Shown one piece after another: positions 12,305 through 25,000 of a stretch of DNA of 64,000 bases (positions are counted from its first letter, which is position 1; the number at the start of each line of letters is the position of its first letter). The position numbers were made by a program, and so were the translations under genes. The stretch comes from Octopus sinensis (Eukaryota): positions 558,001-622,000 of the forward strand of contig NW_021832432.1 in assembly GCF_006345805.1 (NCBI RefSeq), written 5' to 3'. The notes under the pieces are model-generated. The model worked only from the letters and a program-made list of their open reading frames with translations, did not search any database and was not told where the DNA came from.

Positions 12305-12529
12305 CTTTACTGCCCACAAAGGGCTAAACATAGAGGGGACAAACAAGGACAGACAAAGGGATTAATTCAATTACATCGACCCCAGTGCGTAACTGGTACT
12401 TTATTTATCGACCCCGAAAGGATGAAAGGCAAAGTCGACCTCGGGGGAATTTGAACTCAGAACGTAACGGCGGACGAAATACGGCTACGCATTTCGCCCG
12501 GCGTGCTAACGTTTCTGCCAGCTCACCGC

Positions 12530-12530
<1 letters not shown>
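12301..12530 (-). mobile_element. SINE family B (tail type 1), low divergence
   Basis: CpGs largely retained; head GGCGGTGAGCTGGCAGAAACGTTAGCACGCCGGGCG. Confidence 0.92.
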
Positions 12531-12579
<49 letters not shown>

Positions 12580-12767
12580 ATATATATAGATTCTTTTAGT
12601 ATTTTACTTATCTAAGTAATTTGACTGTGGCCATGCTGTAGCACTGCCTTGAAAGATTTTAGTCAAACAAATAAGTTACAGGAACATAAACGCACCAACA
12701 AACACAGACACAAAGACACACATATAGATATGTACATACACACACACACACATATATATATATATAA

Positions 12768-12809
<42 letters not shown>

Positions 12810-13662
12810 GGTGGTAAACTTAAGCCATTACTCAAATTAAATTTGGGTGCTTTTAGTGGAATCCATTCTCTTACAAGCTTTCACAGCAATTTCTTTGGCT
12901 TCAGGATAATTCAACAAATATCATGTTTCAAAAATAAATTTCTATTATGAATATGGCAAACAATTTAAAATACATTAAAGTTATAGCGAATTCTGCTATC
13001 ACTTTCCTTCCATATTTGTTTCTCTTGGTTATAGCCTTTTCTCATTCTTGCACACATACATTCATGAAGATGTCTTACACACGCATCTGCCACTATGACA
13101 ATTGTTTCTGGCAACGTTTTACTCGGAAAATATAGCTGAAACAACAATGTAATTGTTACAGGTCACATGACCACCTTTCTTTTTTTGTTTTAATGAAGTT
13201 TTATGGCTGGTCTAAACGAGTCACCTGACCACTTAATTGTTTTTTTAACCAATCAGAATGCTTCTTTTTTTTATGCAAGTAATAATTTCACAAAGAGATT
13301 GTGTAGGCCATTTTTATGTTATTTTTCTTAAAGACTGTCTTCTACATGTCGGCAAACCAGACAGTCTCTCTCTCTCTCTCTCTTTCATTTGAAATACACT
13401 GACACAGAGATGTATGTACTCTCATATTTTCCTGACACACATGCCGATTTAAGTATTTGCTTTCTGAATGTTATATTTCAAGATCAATTGTTGTTCTTTC
13501 ATTGATGTATTTTATCTCTGTAGTCCATTGAGAGCCAACTTTTCTTTTTTCCAATTTTATCATTGTTAGATATATTTTTTCTATTGAAGAAGGAACCTAT
13601 TTACCATCATAAATAATTCAACTTCAAACCCAACAAAAATTATGCTAAAAAGTCACTTTATT

Positions 13663-14070
13663 CTTTTTACTCTTTTACATGTTTCAGTCATTTGACTGTG
13701 GCCATGCTGGAGCACCACCTTTAGTCAAGAAAATCGACCCCAGGACTTATTCTTTGTAAGCCTAGTACTTATTCTATCATTCTCTTTTGTTGAACTGCTA
13801 AGTTACGAGGACGTAAAAACACACCAGCATCGGTTGTCAAGGGATGTTGACACACAAACACAGACACACAAACACACACACACACATATATATATACATA
13901 TACATATATATGACAGGCTTCTTTCAGTTTCCGTCTACCAAATCCACTCACAAGGCTCTGGTCAGCCCGAGGCTATAGTAGAAGACACTTGCCCAAGGTG
14001 CCATGCAGTGGGACTGAGCCCGGAACCATGTGGTTGGTAAGCAAGCTACTTACCACACAGCCACTCCTGC
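13663..14070 (-). mobile_element. SINE family A, full length
   Basis: Head, body, internal microsatellite and tail are all present. Confidence 0.92.
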
Positions 14071-14149
14071 ATGCATGCATACATACATACATACATACAT
14101 ACATGCAAACATACATACAACATACATACATACTACATACATACATACA

Positions 14150-14180
<31 letters not shown>

Positions 14181-14544
14181 GATAATATGGAAAAATATTT
14201 CCTCTAATGCATAGACTTCCTTTTGAAGTGCTCAGGATGTTAAACCTGAGGGGTTAGAATAATGCAGAAGTAAGAATCAAAGCTAGGCAAATCAAGTTCA
14301 CATATGCATTTATATTTATTCAGTCCTAGACCCAGCATGTATGAAATTCTCTGAAAGTATATTCAATATATCAAACATACCAGCAACATATAGATATATA
14401 AGAATATATAGAGTAATCAATAGATTGAAAATATACATATAAAAATATAATATATAGAAATATACATTAAAAATATATTGAAAAAGAAAATACATATATA
14501 GGTCAACTTATTGATTATAAAATGAAGTCATAAAAAGAGTTAAG

Positions 14545-15360
14545 AGTCTTTAAAAATGTTTGGGTATTGCTAATCTTGTTAATAATCCTATGGCTGTTTC
14601 AAGGGGCTTCGTTAGCCTGTCATATAAAAGATATGTACATCCGTTATAGGACATCACCTCCTTCATCGGGAAAAATAAGTTTCTAAAAAAGCCTTATAAG
14701 CCATTTACAAACAGGTTTTACTCAACATTTATGCTTACTTTGTACTTGTACTTGTGATGGCGTTCACCTAGTGCGGGTTGAGCCGGCTTCTTCTCTGGTC
14801 CTAACGGCATAACGAACCATGGTGGCCCATGCTCGACAGTCCCGTGCGAGGTCACTGGAGATAGCGAGCCATTCGCGGTTCCATCTGCGCAGACCGACCA
14901 CCTTCTTCTATGAATCCAACATTTATGCATCATGATTCTGGATAGAGGTGAGAACCAGCCTTCACACCAAATGAAATATTTTTGTAAAATAATCCAACAC
15001 TCCCCACCTCTACCTATAGAGCCTTATTTTATCATGCATTATATCATGATGATGATGATGATGATGATGTAACTCCTCCTCCAGCCACTCAAAAACAATT
15101 ACGCTTCCTGGTCTTTTGCATATAGCTCTATAAAAACACTAAATAATTCTATAAAAACACTCAGTAGGTAATTCCCATTAAAAAAACAAAAGGCATTACT
15201 TGCGAGGCTTTTTTAGAAACTTATTTTCTCTGATGAAGGAGGTGGTACCCTATAATGGATGTAGATATCTTTTATATGACAGGACAACTGAAACCCCAGA
15301 AACGGCTGTAGGGTTATTAACAGGATTAACAATACCCAAACATTCTGTATGCTAAAAGGT
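14545..15360. mobile_element. Foldback element (~150-bp inverted arms) with a hammerhead-like motif in each arm
   Basis: Arms ~14552-14700 and ~15203-15350; right arm CTGATGA AGGAGG ... CCCCA GAAA CGGCTG TA GGG. Confidence 0.7.
14735..14916 (-). mobile_element. 5'-truncated RTE LINE insertion with 12-bp TSD
   Basis: TSD CAACATTTATGC at 14723-14734 and 14917-14928; minus frame RWNREWLAISSDLARDCRAWATMVRYAVRTREEAGSTRTR*; (CAAGTA)n tail. Confidence 0.85.
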
Positions 15361-15399
15361 TAAAAGTGGTATATTTTTGTACCTTATCTACTATATGTC

Positions 15400-16990
15400 A
15401 CTTAGTCATTATAAAGTCATCAACTTGGAATACTACTATGAAACAAAGTACAAAAACTTTTTGTATCACTATCCACCTAAATGAGAATGAAAGAAAAACA
15501 AGTTACTGTTAAAATCTTTAGTATATAGCAAGCAAACAAGACAACCACAGGTGGAAGTATTTGTTTGTTATCTTTCTTCTGAGGTAATTGTGAAAGAAGA
15601 TATGCTGCATTTGATGAAATTAACAGAAACGACTTGTGGTGGTTATATAACAAAATGCATTTGACAGAGCCCTAACAAATGCTGGTGTTCCACTGAATAA
15701 ATTTATCAGTGTTGCAACAAATGAAGCTCCTGAAATGATGGAGAAAAATTGCTGGATTAATTGCACTTATGAAAAGTGATCCCTGTTTGTTGTAATATTC
15801 ACTGTGGATACAAAAGCAACCAGACACTTCATGTATGAATGTGTTATGAAATCTGTCCTTGACATTATGAATTTCATATGTTTAAATGGGAAGACCTGCA
15901 AACAGTTCAGAAATTTTAGGAAAAGACTGAAGTGTGAAGATAAACCCAAGCATGCATCATGGTGAGGTGACTATCAACCAATAGCATCTTGAGTGGGTTT
16001 GTGGACCTATTGGAGCCTGTTATTACATTTGTTAAAGAAAAGAATCTATTCTCAACTAGAAAATGATGAATGGATGCAAAATCTGATATTCTTTACTGAT
16101 ATAAGGAATCATTTACAAACTCTTGACTTGGCACTCCAAGGAAAAGATAAGATTATTTCTGATCTTACCTAGACAGTTTTTCAGTTTTCAGAATATAAAA
16201 TAAAAGCTTTTCAAAAAGACATATTTTTCAAGAAATTTTAGTTATGTACCGTCTTAGAAGGAGAATAAATACATTCCCTGATACTGAAATAAATACCTAT
16301 TTCTTTACTAGCCACAAGGGGCTAAACACAGAGAGGACAAACAAGGACAGACAAATGGATTAAGTCGATTATATCGATCCCAGTGCATGACTGGTACTTA
16401 TTTAATCAACCCCGAAAGGATGAAAGGCAAAGTAGACCTCGGTGGAAATTGAACTCAGAACATAGTGGCAGACGAAATACTGCTAAGCATTTCGCCCGGC
16501 GTGCTAATGTTTCTGCCAGCTCGCTGCCTTCTTGATACTGAAATAAATACCATAAACTGAAAGAATACAAGCATAAATTACAAGGACTGTTTGGTAGTTT
16601 GGTAATTTCTTAACCAGGGCTGGTGACATGCGAAACATGACGTCCTGCTTCATCTTCCTTGCAAATCAATTCATGGTTAATGTCATCAATGATGGTTGTT
16701 CAATTCTCAAACCTCTAGTTATGGAATCATCTGTTGTGGAAACAGAACTTATGAAATTACAGGAGGACCTTGGTCTAAAGATGATCTGTAAATCTCGGTT
16801 CACAAGTGAGTTCTGGAGACAAATTCCAGAAATAAAATATCTGGAATTGAAGGAAACTAGTGTGTGACCCATCTCAATTTTCAGTGCAACATACTGCTGT
16901 AAACGACTATACACTAAAATGCAGTTTGTGACATCTAAGAAACATGCAAACCTTTACAAACTGCCACCTAATTCATGCAGAATATTGGCC
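15400..16990 (+). pseudogene. hAT (SPIN/GTF2IRD2-like) transposase fossil
   Basis: LENDEWMQNLIFFTDIRNHLQTLDLALQGKDKIISDL and C-terminal ELMKLQED...EFWRQIPEIKYLELK...SIFSATYCC; many stops and frameshifts. Confidence 0.8.
16298..16532 (-). mobile_element. SINE family B inserted in the hAT fossil, 19-bp TSD
   Basis: TSD TGATACTGAAATAAATACC at 16279-16297 and 16533-16551. Confidence 0.92.
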
Positions 16991-17369
16991 AGCTTTTTAA
17001 AAACTTGGCTATAGTTTTAACAACTATAGCCACGATGGAAACCCAGTAGCAATAAAGAACAGCTTTGATAGCCTGATATTTGTTGTATTATCTGTTTGTC
17101 ATATAAATATTATAAGACTTACCTTTCAAAGTAAGACCTGATTTAAATATCTCAAATTTTATTGTTTCACTTTATTACACATTTTCCTTTATCTTTTGGC
17201 CATATATTTACTAGGATAAACAAATATTAAATTCCTTTTAACTTTATTTTTGGCTATTTAATTTTATGTTACTGAAATGCAAATTTGAAAATTTTTCTTA
17301 AATGTTCCTATAGTTCATTATTGCATTAAATAGATTAAAACTTCTGTGTATAAACTGAAACTGATACAA

Positions 17370-17993
17370 TAACCCTTTAGCATTTAATGAAGCCATATTT
17401 AGCCCAAATATTCTATATGTTTTACATTAAAAACTAACCAGACTCAACCTTTCACACCTACGCTACAATGTCAAGGCATAGGAGTGACTGTGTGGTAAGT
17501 AGCTTGCTTAAGAACCACATGGTTCCAGGTTCAGTCCCACTGCGTGGCACTTTGGGCAAGTGTCTTCTATTATAGCCTCAGGCCAACCAAAGCCTTGTGA
17601 GTGGATTTGGTAGATGGAAACTGAAAGAAGCCTGTCGTATATATGTATATATATATATATATATTTGTATGTGTGTGTATATGTTTTTGTGTCTGTGTTT
17701 GTCTCCCCAACATTGCTTGACAACTGATGCTGGTGTGTTTAAGAGTGGTTCGGCAAAAGAGACCAATAGAATAAGTACTTGGCTTACAAAGAATAAGTCC
17801 TGGGGTTGATTTGCCTCGACTAAAGGCGGTGCTCCAGGACCATATATAACTGCTATAGACACTTTTATCAAATAATTACATCACATTTGAAATATTTGAA
17901 ATCTTGAAGCTACAAGATAATGCATGATTAATTCAAAGCTATGTGAATAAATAAACAATACATTTGACAAAGAAATCTGAATGTTAAAGAGTA
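17370..17993. mobile_element. piggyBac-like MITE remnant interrupted by SINE A (17476-17838)
   Basis: TAACCCTTTAGCATTTAA start and ATGTTAAAGAGTAA end; ~55 bp shared with 20152-20208. Confidence 0.55.
17476..17838 (+). mobile_element. SINE family A (tail truncated)
   Basis: Full head and body, ends at GGTGCTCCAG. Confidence 0.9.
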
Positions 17994-18349
17994 AAAAAAA
18001 AAACCCATTCATGAATAAATACTATTGCATATATACATAATGTGTAACAATTAAAACATATTCTTCTATTTTACTTGTTTCAGACTGTGTTCATGTTGGG
18101 GCACAACCTTAAAGGTGTTTAGTCAATCATATCACTACCAGTATATATATTTTGTTTATCTAAGTTGCAGGACATAAACGCTGACTCACATGCAAATGTA
18201 AATTTTGTTCATGTTTTATGACTCTCAAACATGTGAACTTTATTGGATGTGGCTTGTATGTTAAGCAAGTTTAGCCACCCCTGACAAAGAATCTCTGTTG
18301 TTGCCTTGTGCTTAATGCATGTAAATGGTATTGGTTAATAACTTGTGTA

Positions 18350-18903
<554 letters not shown>

Positions 18904-18905
18904 GT

Positions 18906-19077
18906 AGGAGTGGCTGTGTGGTAAGTAGCTTGCTTACCAACCACATGGTTCCGGGTTCAGTCCTACTGCGTGGCACCTTGAGCAAGTGTCTCCTACTATA
19001 GCCTTAGGCTGGCCAAAGCCTTGTGAGTGAATTTGGTAAATAGAAACTGAAAGAAGCCCGTTATATATATAAGTGTG

Positions 19078-19111
<34 letters not shown>

Positions 19112-19290
19112 GTACGTGTGTGTATATGTTTGTCTCCCCAACATTGCTTGACAGCCGATGCTGTTGTGTTTACGTCCCTGTAACTTAGCGGTTCGGTAAA
19201 ATAAGTACTAGGCTTAGAAAGAATAAGTGCTGTGGTCGATTTGGTCGACTGAAGGCGGTCAAATGACTGAAACAAGTAAAAGAGTATATC
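18906..19290 (+). mobile_element. SINE family A
   Basis: Head AGGAGTGGCTGTGTGGTAAGTAGC through tail GACTGAAACAAGTAAAAGAG. Confidence 0.9.
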
Positions 19291-19580
19291 AACTGGGGTA
19301 GAAAATAAAGAGCTCAGCCAACATATTTCCACAAACTGCATATATTAATGGTCAAAGAGCTGCATGAAGCTTATGTGCCATGATTTGGCCACCCCTGTTC
19401 TGTGATGAATCGATGTGCTAGAAATAACAGCCAAGTATATCACAAATCATACAATCCTGTTTCAAAGCAGTAAAAAAAAATCAAATACCTGGAGATGTTG
19501 AGACAATTTAGCTCTAGATATGACAAAAGTTTGGATGGTCACTACTAGAATGTGTTCAATCCCATATCTGCGAAGTTAGA

Positions 19581-19915
19581 GAAGGTTTGGCACATGGCCT
19601 AGTGGTTAGAGCAGTGGACTCGTGGTTGAAGGATCACGGGTTCGAATCTCAGACTGGGTGATGTGTGTGTTTATGAGCGAAAAACCTAAGTTCAACGTGG
19701 CTCTGGCAGAAGGTAATGGCAAACTTCTGCTGACTCTTTCGCCATAACTTTCTCTCACTCTTTCTTCCTGCATCTAGCAGTTCACCTGCGATGGACCAGC
19801 GTTCCGTCCAGGAGGGGAACCTATGCACCAAGGAAACTGGGAAACCGGCCCTTATGAGCCAGGCGTGGCTCGAGAAGGAACAAACAAAAAACAAAATACA
19901 AGAAGAAGAAAAAAA
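19581..19915 (+). mobile_element. SINE family D (tRNA head, V-domain-like body)
   Basis: A-box GGCCTAGTGGTTAGAGC, B-box GGTTCGAATC, CCTGCGATGGACCAGCGTTCCGTCCAGG, tail GGCTCGAGAAGGAACAAAC. Confidence 0.75.
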
Positions 19916-20564
19916 AACAGAGAGAAAAGAAGAGGAAAGTATAAAAATAACAACAACAGCAAAAAACAACATAGACAAGTGTAACAACAACAAGAATATA
20001 ACAAAGTGAGAGAGTTTTTAACTTGACACAGAAGCAATGCAGAATAACCCGTAAAGAACTGTTTTCCAAAGTAAATCTTTAGTTCCAGAAATATATTGGC
20101 AATACTGCAAATTATAGATTCCAAATTTACCTACAGCACATTCTTTCATAGGACCATATATAACTGTTATATACACTTTTATCAAATAATTACATCACAT
20201 ATGAAATATGGGTCTCTAATTTCTATTGACAGATAGTGTCAAGTATTCTTAAATAAAACTTGCAGAATATGCATCGGTGTTTGTGAATGCATAGGTGTGT
20301 ATGAATGAATGAATGTACACAGAGATATGTGTGCATGTGTGTGTGTACATATGTGTGTTTGTAAACACACACACTCACACACACACATATATATATGTAA
20401 AACATACATACATATATAAACACATACATAATACATACATATATTGATATACATTATATACAGATATATGCATATATATATATACACACCCACACATTAT
20501 ATATGTATGTTGTTATGTTGTTATCATCAATCATCATATATTCACAAACACAATTTATATTATA

Positions 20565-20646
<82 letters not shown>

Positions 20647-20671
20647 ATATATATATATATATATATATATG

Positions 20672-21760
20672 GTGTGTGGTGTGTTCCGCAAGGCACTGTT
20701 CTGGGACCACTACTGTTCATAATGGCCCTCTCAGACATGCCCTCAGCCACGCAGAGAGCCACGATCACAAGTTATGCAGATGATACAAAAGTTTCACAGG
20801 CAATACTAAACCCTGAAGACACTAAGCACCTGCAATGTGAGCTGGACAAAATATACAAGTGGGCTGAAAAGAATAGCATGCAGTTCAATGCTGAAAAGTT
20901 TCAAGCTTTATACTATCAGCATGCAAAACTAAATGCAATACCCAATAAATACACTGGACCTGGAGGGATTGCAATCCCAGAGGCACAATCAGTGTGAGAC
21001 CTGGGTATTTACATGAGTGATGATGCAACCTTTCATGTGCATGTTGCTAAATTGGCAATGAAATGTAGGCGGCTGACCGGATGGATTCTTAGAATCCAGG
21101 ATTCTTAGACCAGGAAACCATAATGATCCTCTGGAGGACACTTGTCCTAAGCCACTTTGACTATTGCTCTCAGCTATGGTCACCATCCAGTGTCAAGTTA
21201 ATCACAGAACTTGAGGCGATCCAACGAAGCTACAGGAAGAAGATAGCCTCTGTGCAGCATATAAGCTATTGGGAAAAACTCAAGAGATTGAGACTCTATT
21301 CCTTAGAGCGTAGGCGAGGAAGATATGCCATAATATACATCTGGAAGATCCTAGAAGGACTTGTCCCAAACTTTGGCATCGAGAGTTACACAAATGCCAG
21401 AACTGGGCGCCACTGCATAGTGCCAAGGACTCCAAATTTGCCATCAAGATGTAGGACAAGATACTGTGATAGCCTGGGCTTCTGAGACCCACAGCTCTTC
21501 AATATCCTCCTGAAGAACCTAAGAGACCTGCATGGGGTGGATGCAGATGTCATTAAAATGAAACTGGATCTCTTGTTGTCAGGTGTCCCAGATGAACCAA
21601 CTTCACGGCAGGAGGTGCAGATGAGGGCAGCTGCATCGAACTCTCTCATGCACCAGATGGCATTTGCTAAAAAGCATTTGTGAAGTAAAATCATGTAGCA
21701 ACACCAAATGGCGGTGCCCCAGCATGGCCACAGCTTGTGAGCTGAAACTAAATAAAAAAA
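20672..21760 (+). pseudogene. CR1-group LINE, 5'-truncated RT to 3' end
   Basis: VPQGTVLGPLLF, SYADDTK, HFDYCSQLWSP, YSLERRRGRYAIIYIWKILEG; frameshifts; 3' tail and A-run. Confidence 0.9.
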
Positions 21761-22175
21761 ATATATATATATATATCAATATATATATATATATATGAAG
21801 AGGTACCCAAACCCCAAAGTAACTGGAAACATTCTCTGTGGAACAAACCCATTGCAGTTCAGGCTTCTGCTGCTAGAAGCCACTTGATGTAACCCTCAGG
21901 CATCAGTATGCTGACTGGCAGTTTTTCATCCAGGAAAAAATTCCTTTAAAGACATATAATGTTAAAAAACACAATATACTTTAGAGTTAGGTGAAATGAA
22001 ATCACCCCAGAAGTGATCATGAGAGTGGCACAAATGCCATATTTTACCATGTTTGCAGCTGAACATTGCTGCATGCTTGTGTCACTTTTGAAGCAAAATA
22101 AAAATCACTAGTCTGAAGTGATAGTGTATAAACTATTTAATGATTTACAAAGACATTGTATAAGTATTGGGTTGG

Positions 22176-22787
22176 CAACTAAGTTCTTACCGGTTTTTTA
22201 AAATTTTGGAATCTATTTTTTTCGAGAATTCTATTTTTCAGTCATATTTTAAGCTATTTTAATTGTAGTTAATTTTTGTTTATTTTCAGATCATTAAAAT
22301 AGAATGTCAAGTTAAGAAAAATGAGCATTTCCGACACCTCCTTCTTTTTGCTATTAATGAAGGTTCTAAGGCCACAAAAGCTGCTCATGATATTTGTGCT
22401 GTGTATGGAGAGAGTGCTGAAAGAACTGCTCGTGATTGGTATGCCAAGTTGAAAAATTAAAATTTTGACCTCAAAGACAAACCTCGTTCTGGCCATCCAG
22501 TTGAGTTCGATGAAGAGCGATTAAACCAACTTTTGCATGAAAATTCTTGTCAAATGACAAGGGAACGGGCAGAGAAAGTGGAATGCTCCCACACTGCTAT
22601 AGAGAAGCATCTTCACTCGATGGGAAAGGTTCAAAAGTATGGAGCATGGGTTCTGCATGCTTTAAGTGACAACAAGAAAAATCAACGAGCCACAATCTCC
22701 ACTGGTTTGCTTGCTCGTCACCGCTCAACTCATAGATACAAGCAGCGATTTCTTTACCGAATCATTACTGGTAACAAAAAATGGTGC
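22176..22787 (+). pseudogene. Mariner transposase 5' half with left TIR
   Basis: TIR-like TATTGGGTTGGCAACTAAG; EHFRHLLLFA, RSGHPVEFDEERL, WVLHAL (WVPHEL-like), RIITGNKKW (TGDEKW-like); cut by a SINE A. Confidence 0.88.
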
Positions 22788-23600
22788 TGTGGTAAGTAGC
22801 TTGCTTACCAACCACATGGTTCTGGATTCAGTCCCACTGTGTGGCATCTTGAGCAAGTGTCTTCTTCTATAGCCTCGGGCCGACCAAAGCCTTGTGAGTG
22901 GATTTGGTAGATGGAAACTGAAAGAAGCCCATTGTATATATATATATATATGTGGTGTGTGTGTATGTTTTTGTGTCTGTTTTTGTCCTCCAAACTTCGC
23001 TTGACAACCGATGCTGGTGTATTTACGTCGCTGTAACTTAGCAGTTTGGCAAAAGAGACCAATAGAATAAGTACTAGGCTTGCAAAGAATAAGTCCCAGA
23101 GTCGATTTGCTCGACTAAAGGCAGTGCTCCAGCATGGCCACAGTCAAATGACTGAAACAAGTAAAAGAGATAAAAGAGAAAAAGGGACATAGGCGCAAGA
23201 GTGGCCGTGTGGTAAGAAGCTTGCTTCCCAACTGCATGGTTCCAGGTTCAGTCCCGCTGCTTGGTACTTTGGGCAAGTATCTTCTACTATAGCCTCAGGC
23301 TGACCAAAGCCTTGTGAGTGGATTTGGTGAAGGGAAACTGAAAGAAGCTTGTTGTATATATAAATGTATATGTGTGTAAGTAATTGTGTGTCTGTGTTTG
23401 TCCACCCACCATCGCTTGACTGCTGATGTTGGTGTGTTTACCTCCCCGTAACTTAGCGGTTCAGCAAAAGAGACCAATAGAATAAGTAATAGGCTTACAA
23501 AGAATAAGTGCCAGGGTTGATTTGTTTGACTAAAGGTGGTACTCCAGTATGGCCACAGTCAAATGACAGAAGGAAGTAAAAGAATAGAAGAATAAAAAGG
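22788..23600 (+). mobile_element. Two tandem SINE family A copies
   Basis: 22788-23180 and 23188-23600. Confidence 0.9.
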
Positions 23601-23711
23601 TGTGTGTGTGTGTTTAATTGGTAAAAGATAAAAAACTGGCACTTGGTCAGTTACGACAACAAGAGTTCTAGTCAATCTGATCAAAAGAACGCTCCATTCA
23701 TGAGATTAATA

Positions 23712-24106
23712 TTTTCTACTCTAGGCACAAGGCCCGAAATTTTTGGGGAGGGGGCCAGTCGATTAGATCGACCTCAGTATGCAACTGGTACTCAATTTAT
23801 CAACCCCGAAAGCATGAAAATCAAAGTCGACCTTGGCAGAATTTGAACTCAGAACGTAAAGACAGATGAAATACCTATTTCTTTATTACCCACAAGGGGC
23901 TAAACACAGAGGGGACAAACAAGGACAGACACAGGTATTAAGTCGATTACATCGACCCCAGTGCGTAACTGGTACTTAATTTATCGACCCCGAAAGGATG
24001 AAAGGCAAAGTCGACCTTGGCAGAATTTGAACTCAGAACGTAAAGACAGATGAAATACCACTAAGCATTTCGCCTGGCGTGCTAATGATTCTGCCAGCTC
24101 ACTACC

Positions 24107-24153
<47 letters not shown>

Positions 24154-24787
24154 CTTTTCTACTCTAGGCACAAGGCCCGAAATTTTTGGGGAGGGGCGAG
24201 TCGATTAGATTGATTCCAGTATGCAACTGGTACTTAATTTATTGACCCCAAAAGCATGAAAGGCAAAGTTCACCTTGGCAGAATTTGAACTCAGAACGTA
24301 AAGACAGATGAAATACTGCTAAGCATTTCGCATGGTGTGCTAACATTTCTTATTTCTTTACTGCCTACAAGGGGCTAAACATAGAGGGGACAAACAAGGA
24401 CAGACAAAGGGATTAAGTTGATTACCTCGACCCCTGTGTGTAACTGGTACTTAATTCATTGACCCTGAAAGCATGAAAGGCAAAGTTGACCATGGCAGAA
24501 TTTGAACTCAGATTGTAAAGACAGACGAAATACCGCTAAGCATTTCGCCTGGTGTGCTAACATTTCTTATTTTTTTACTGCCCACAAGGGCTAAACATAG
24601 AGGGGACAAACAAGGACAGACAAAGGGATTAAATTGATTACCTCGACCCCAGTGCATAACTGGTACTTAATTTATTGACCCTGAAAGCATGAAATCAAAG
24701 TTGACCTTTGCAGAATTTGAACTCAGATCGTAAAGACAGGTGAAATACCGCTAAGCATTTCGCCCGGTGTGCTAATGTTTCTGCCAG
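23712..24787 (-). mobile_element. SINE family B multimers (2-core and 3-core arrays)
   Basis: Five copies of the ~110-bp core in 23712-24110 and 24153-24787, separated by (TAA)n. Confidence 0.9.
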
Positions 24788-25000
24788 ATTAATGTGCAAG
24801 TGGCAGAGCACTCCACAAACATGTACACCCTTAATGTAGTTCGCAGGGAGATTTAGCATGATACAGAATGTGACAAGGCTGGCCCTTTGTAATACAGCTA
24901 CTAATCATTTTTGCCAGCTCAGTGGACTTGGAGCAACATGAGATAAAGTATCTCGCTCAAAGACTTGTGCTAACGGGAATAAAACTCGTGAATTTATATC
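24788..25000 (-). mobile_element. SINE family F, 3' part
   Basis: TTAATGTGCAAGTGGC...GGCTGGCCCTTTG...TTTTGCCAGCT; related to 47925-48170. Confidence 0.7.

Noticed and set aside
19581-19660. tRNA genes
   Set aside because: All tRNA-like A/B-box sequences in the window continue into SINE bodies and do not form full cloverleafs.
23712-24787. CRISPR-like repeat-spacer array
   Set aside because: The units are ~190-bp SINE modules without unique spacers, in a eukaryotic context with no cas genes.
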